Source: Thermodesulfobacteriota bacterium
GTDB lineage: Bacteria > Desulfobacterota_D > UBA1144 > Nemesobacterales > UBA2774
Direction: 5' to 3'
DNA: 64,000 nucleotides
Assembly: GCA_965216785.1 (NCBI GenBank)
Contig: OZ244197.1
Location: forward strand, 384,001-448,000
Within the stretch, counting starts at the first letter, position 1. The number at the start of each line of letters is the position of its first letter. Below are positions 63,691 to 64,000 of the stretch, in pieces. Made by a program: the position numbers and the translations under genes. Below the pieces are notes generated by a model. That model had not been told where the DNA came from and searched no databases. It saw only the letters and a program-made list of their open reading frames with translations.

Positions 63691-63909
63691 TTAATGGTAT
63701 GTGTGTTGTTTTAAATTGTCGCCGTCTGAGATCGTTTCGAATACTTCCCCGCACTTATCGCACTCGAATCTGATTTCGGTAGGCGGGTGGCTAATACCGA
63801 TACCTACGAGGATCCAGCCAAATAAAGAGTAATCGGGTTTCGGCACAATCCAGGGATGATCTCTGGTATGCCCGCATCTGCACTTCTTTTCTTCAGGTTT
63901 ATCAGTCAT
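63691..63909 (-). CDS. Small putative Zn-binding membrane-associated protein
   Basis: CRCGH...hydrophobic segment...CDKC, 72 aa. Confidence 0.6.
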   Translation of the reverse strand: MTDKPEEKKCRCGHTRDHPWIVPKPDYSLFGWILVGIGISHPPTEIRFECDKCGEVFETISDGDNLKQHTYH

Positions 63910-64000
63910 GGTTATTTTAGGTCACTCTATTTTATAGGAACTTTTTGCGGAATCAAGTCCCTTAGTCACTAGTATTGAACACGGGCTTACGCATCTCTTT

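Overview
Gene-dense, mostly housekeeping chromosomal segment of a diderm bacterium. The DUF4416-yicC pair and a sigma54 pilA followed by pilHI/xap-like genes suggest a Desulfobacterota/Myxococcota-like lineage, possibly Dadabacteria (inference only). Main contents: gyrB (partial, not in the ORF track), dcd, pheS, tgt-yajC-secD-secF, dapB, yicC, sucD, an oxoprolinase-B / RRE-like-MEMO / M19 dipeptidase cluster, idh, a YdbH-like plus YnbE/YdbL-like pair, birA, two acidic type IV pilins with an ABC transporter and a TPR-like accessory gene, greA-carB, argS with two SPOR genes, tolQRA, yebC-ruvCAB, rho, ggt, nadBCA, glnD, pduO, trxA and ruvX. I found no rRNA, tRNA, CRISPR array, transposase, integrase or prophage gene. 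The best candidates for something undescribed are: (1) the operon around a PqqD/RRE-like domain fused to a MEMO-family enzyme; (2) the tandem pilins with a Dx[DN]xDG motif; (3) an ~80-bp intergenic element present twice with conserved ends; (4) a nested REP-like palindrome; (5) a YajC with a lipoprotein signal. All calls come from reading motifs by eye, with no database searches. Several starts were moved to the nearest plausible ATG.
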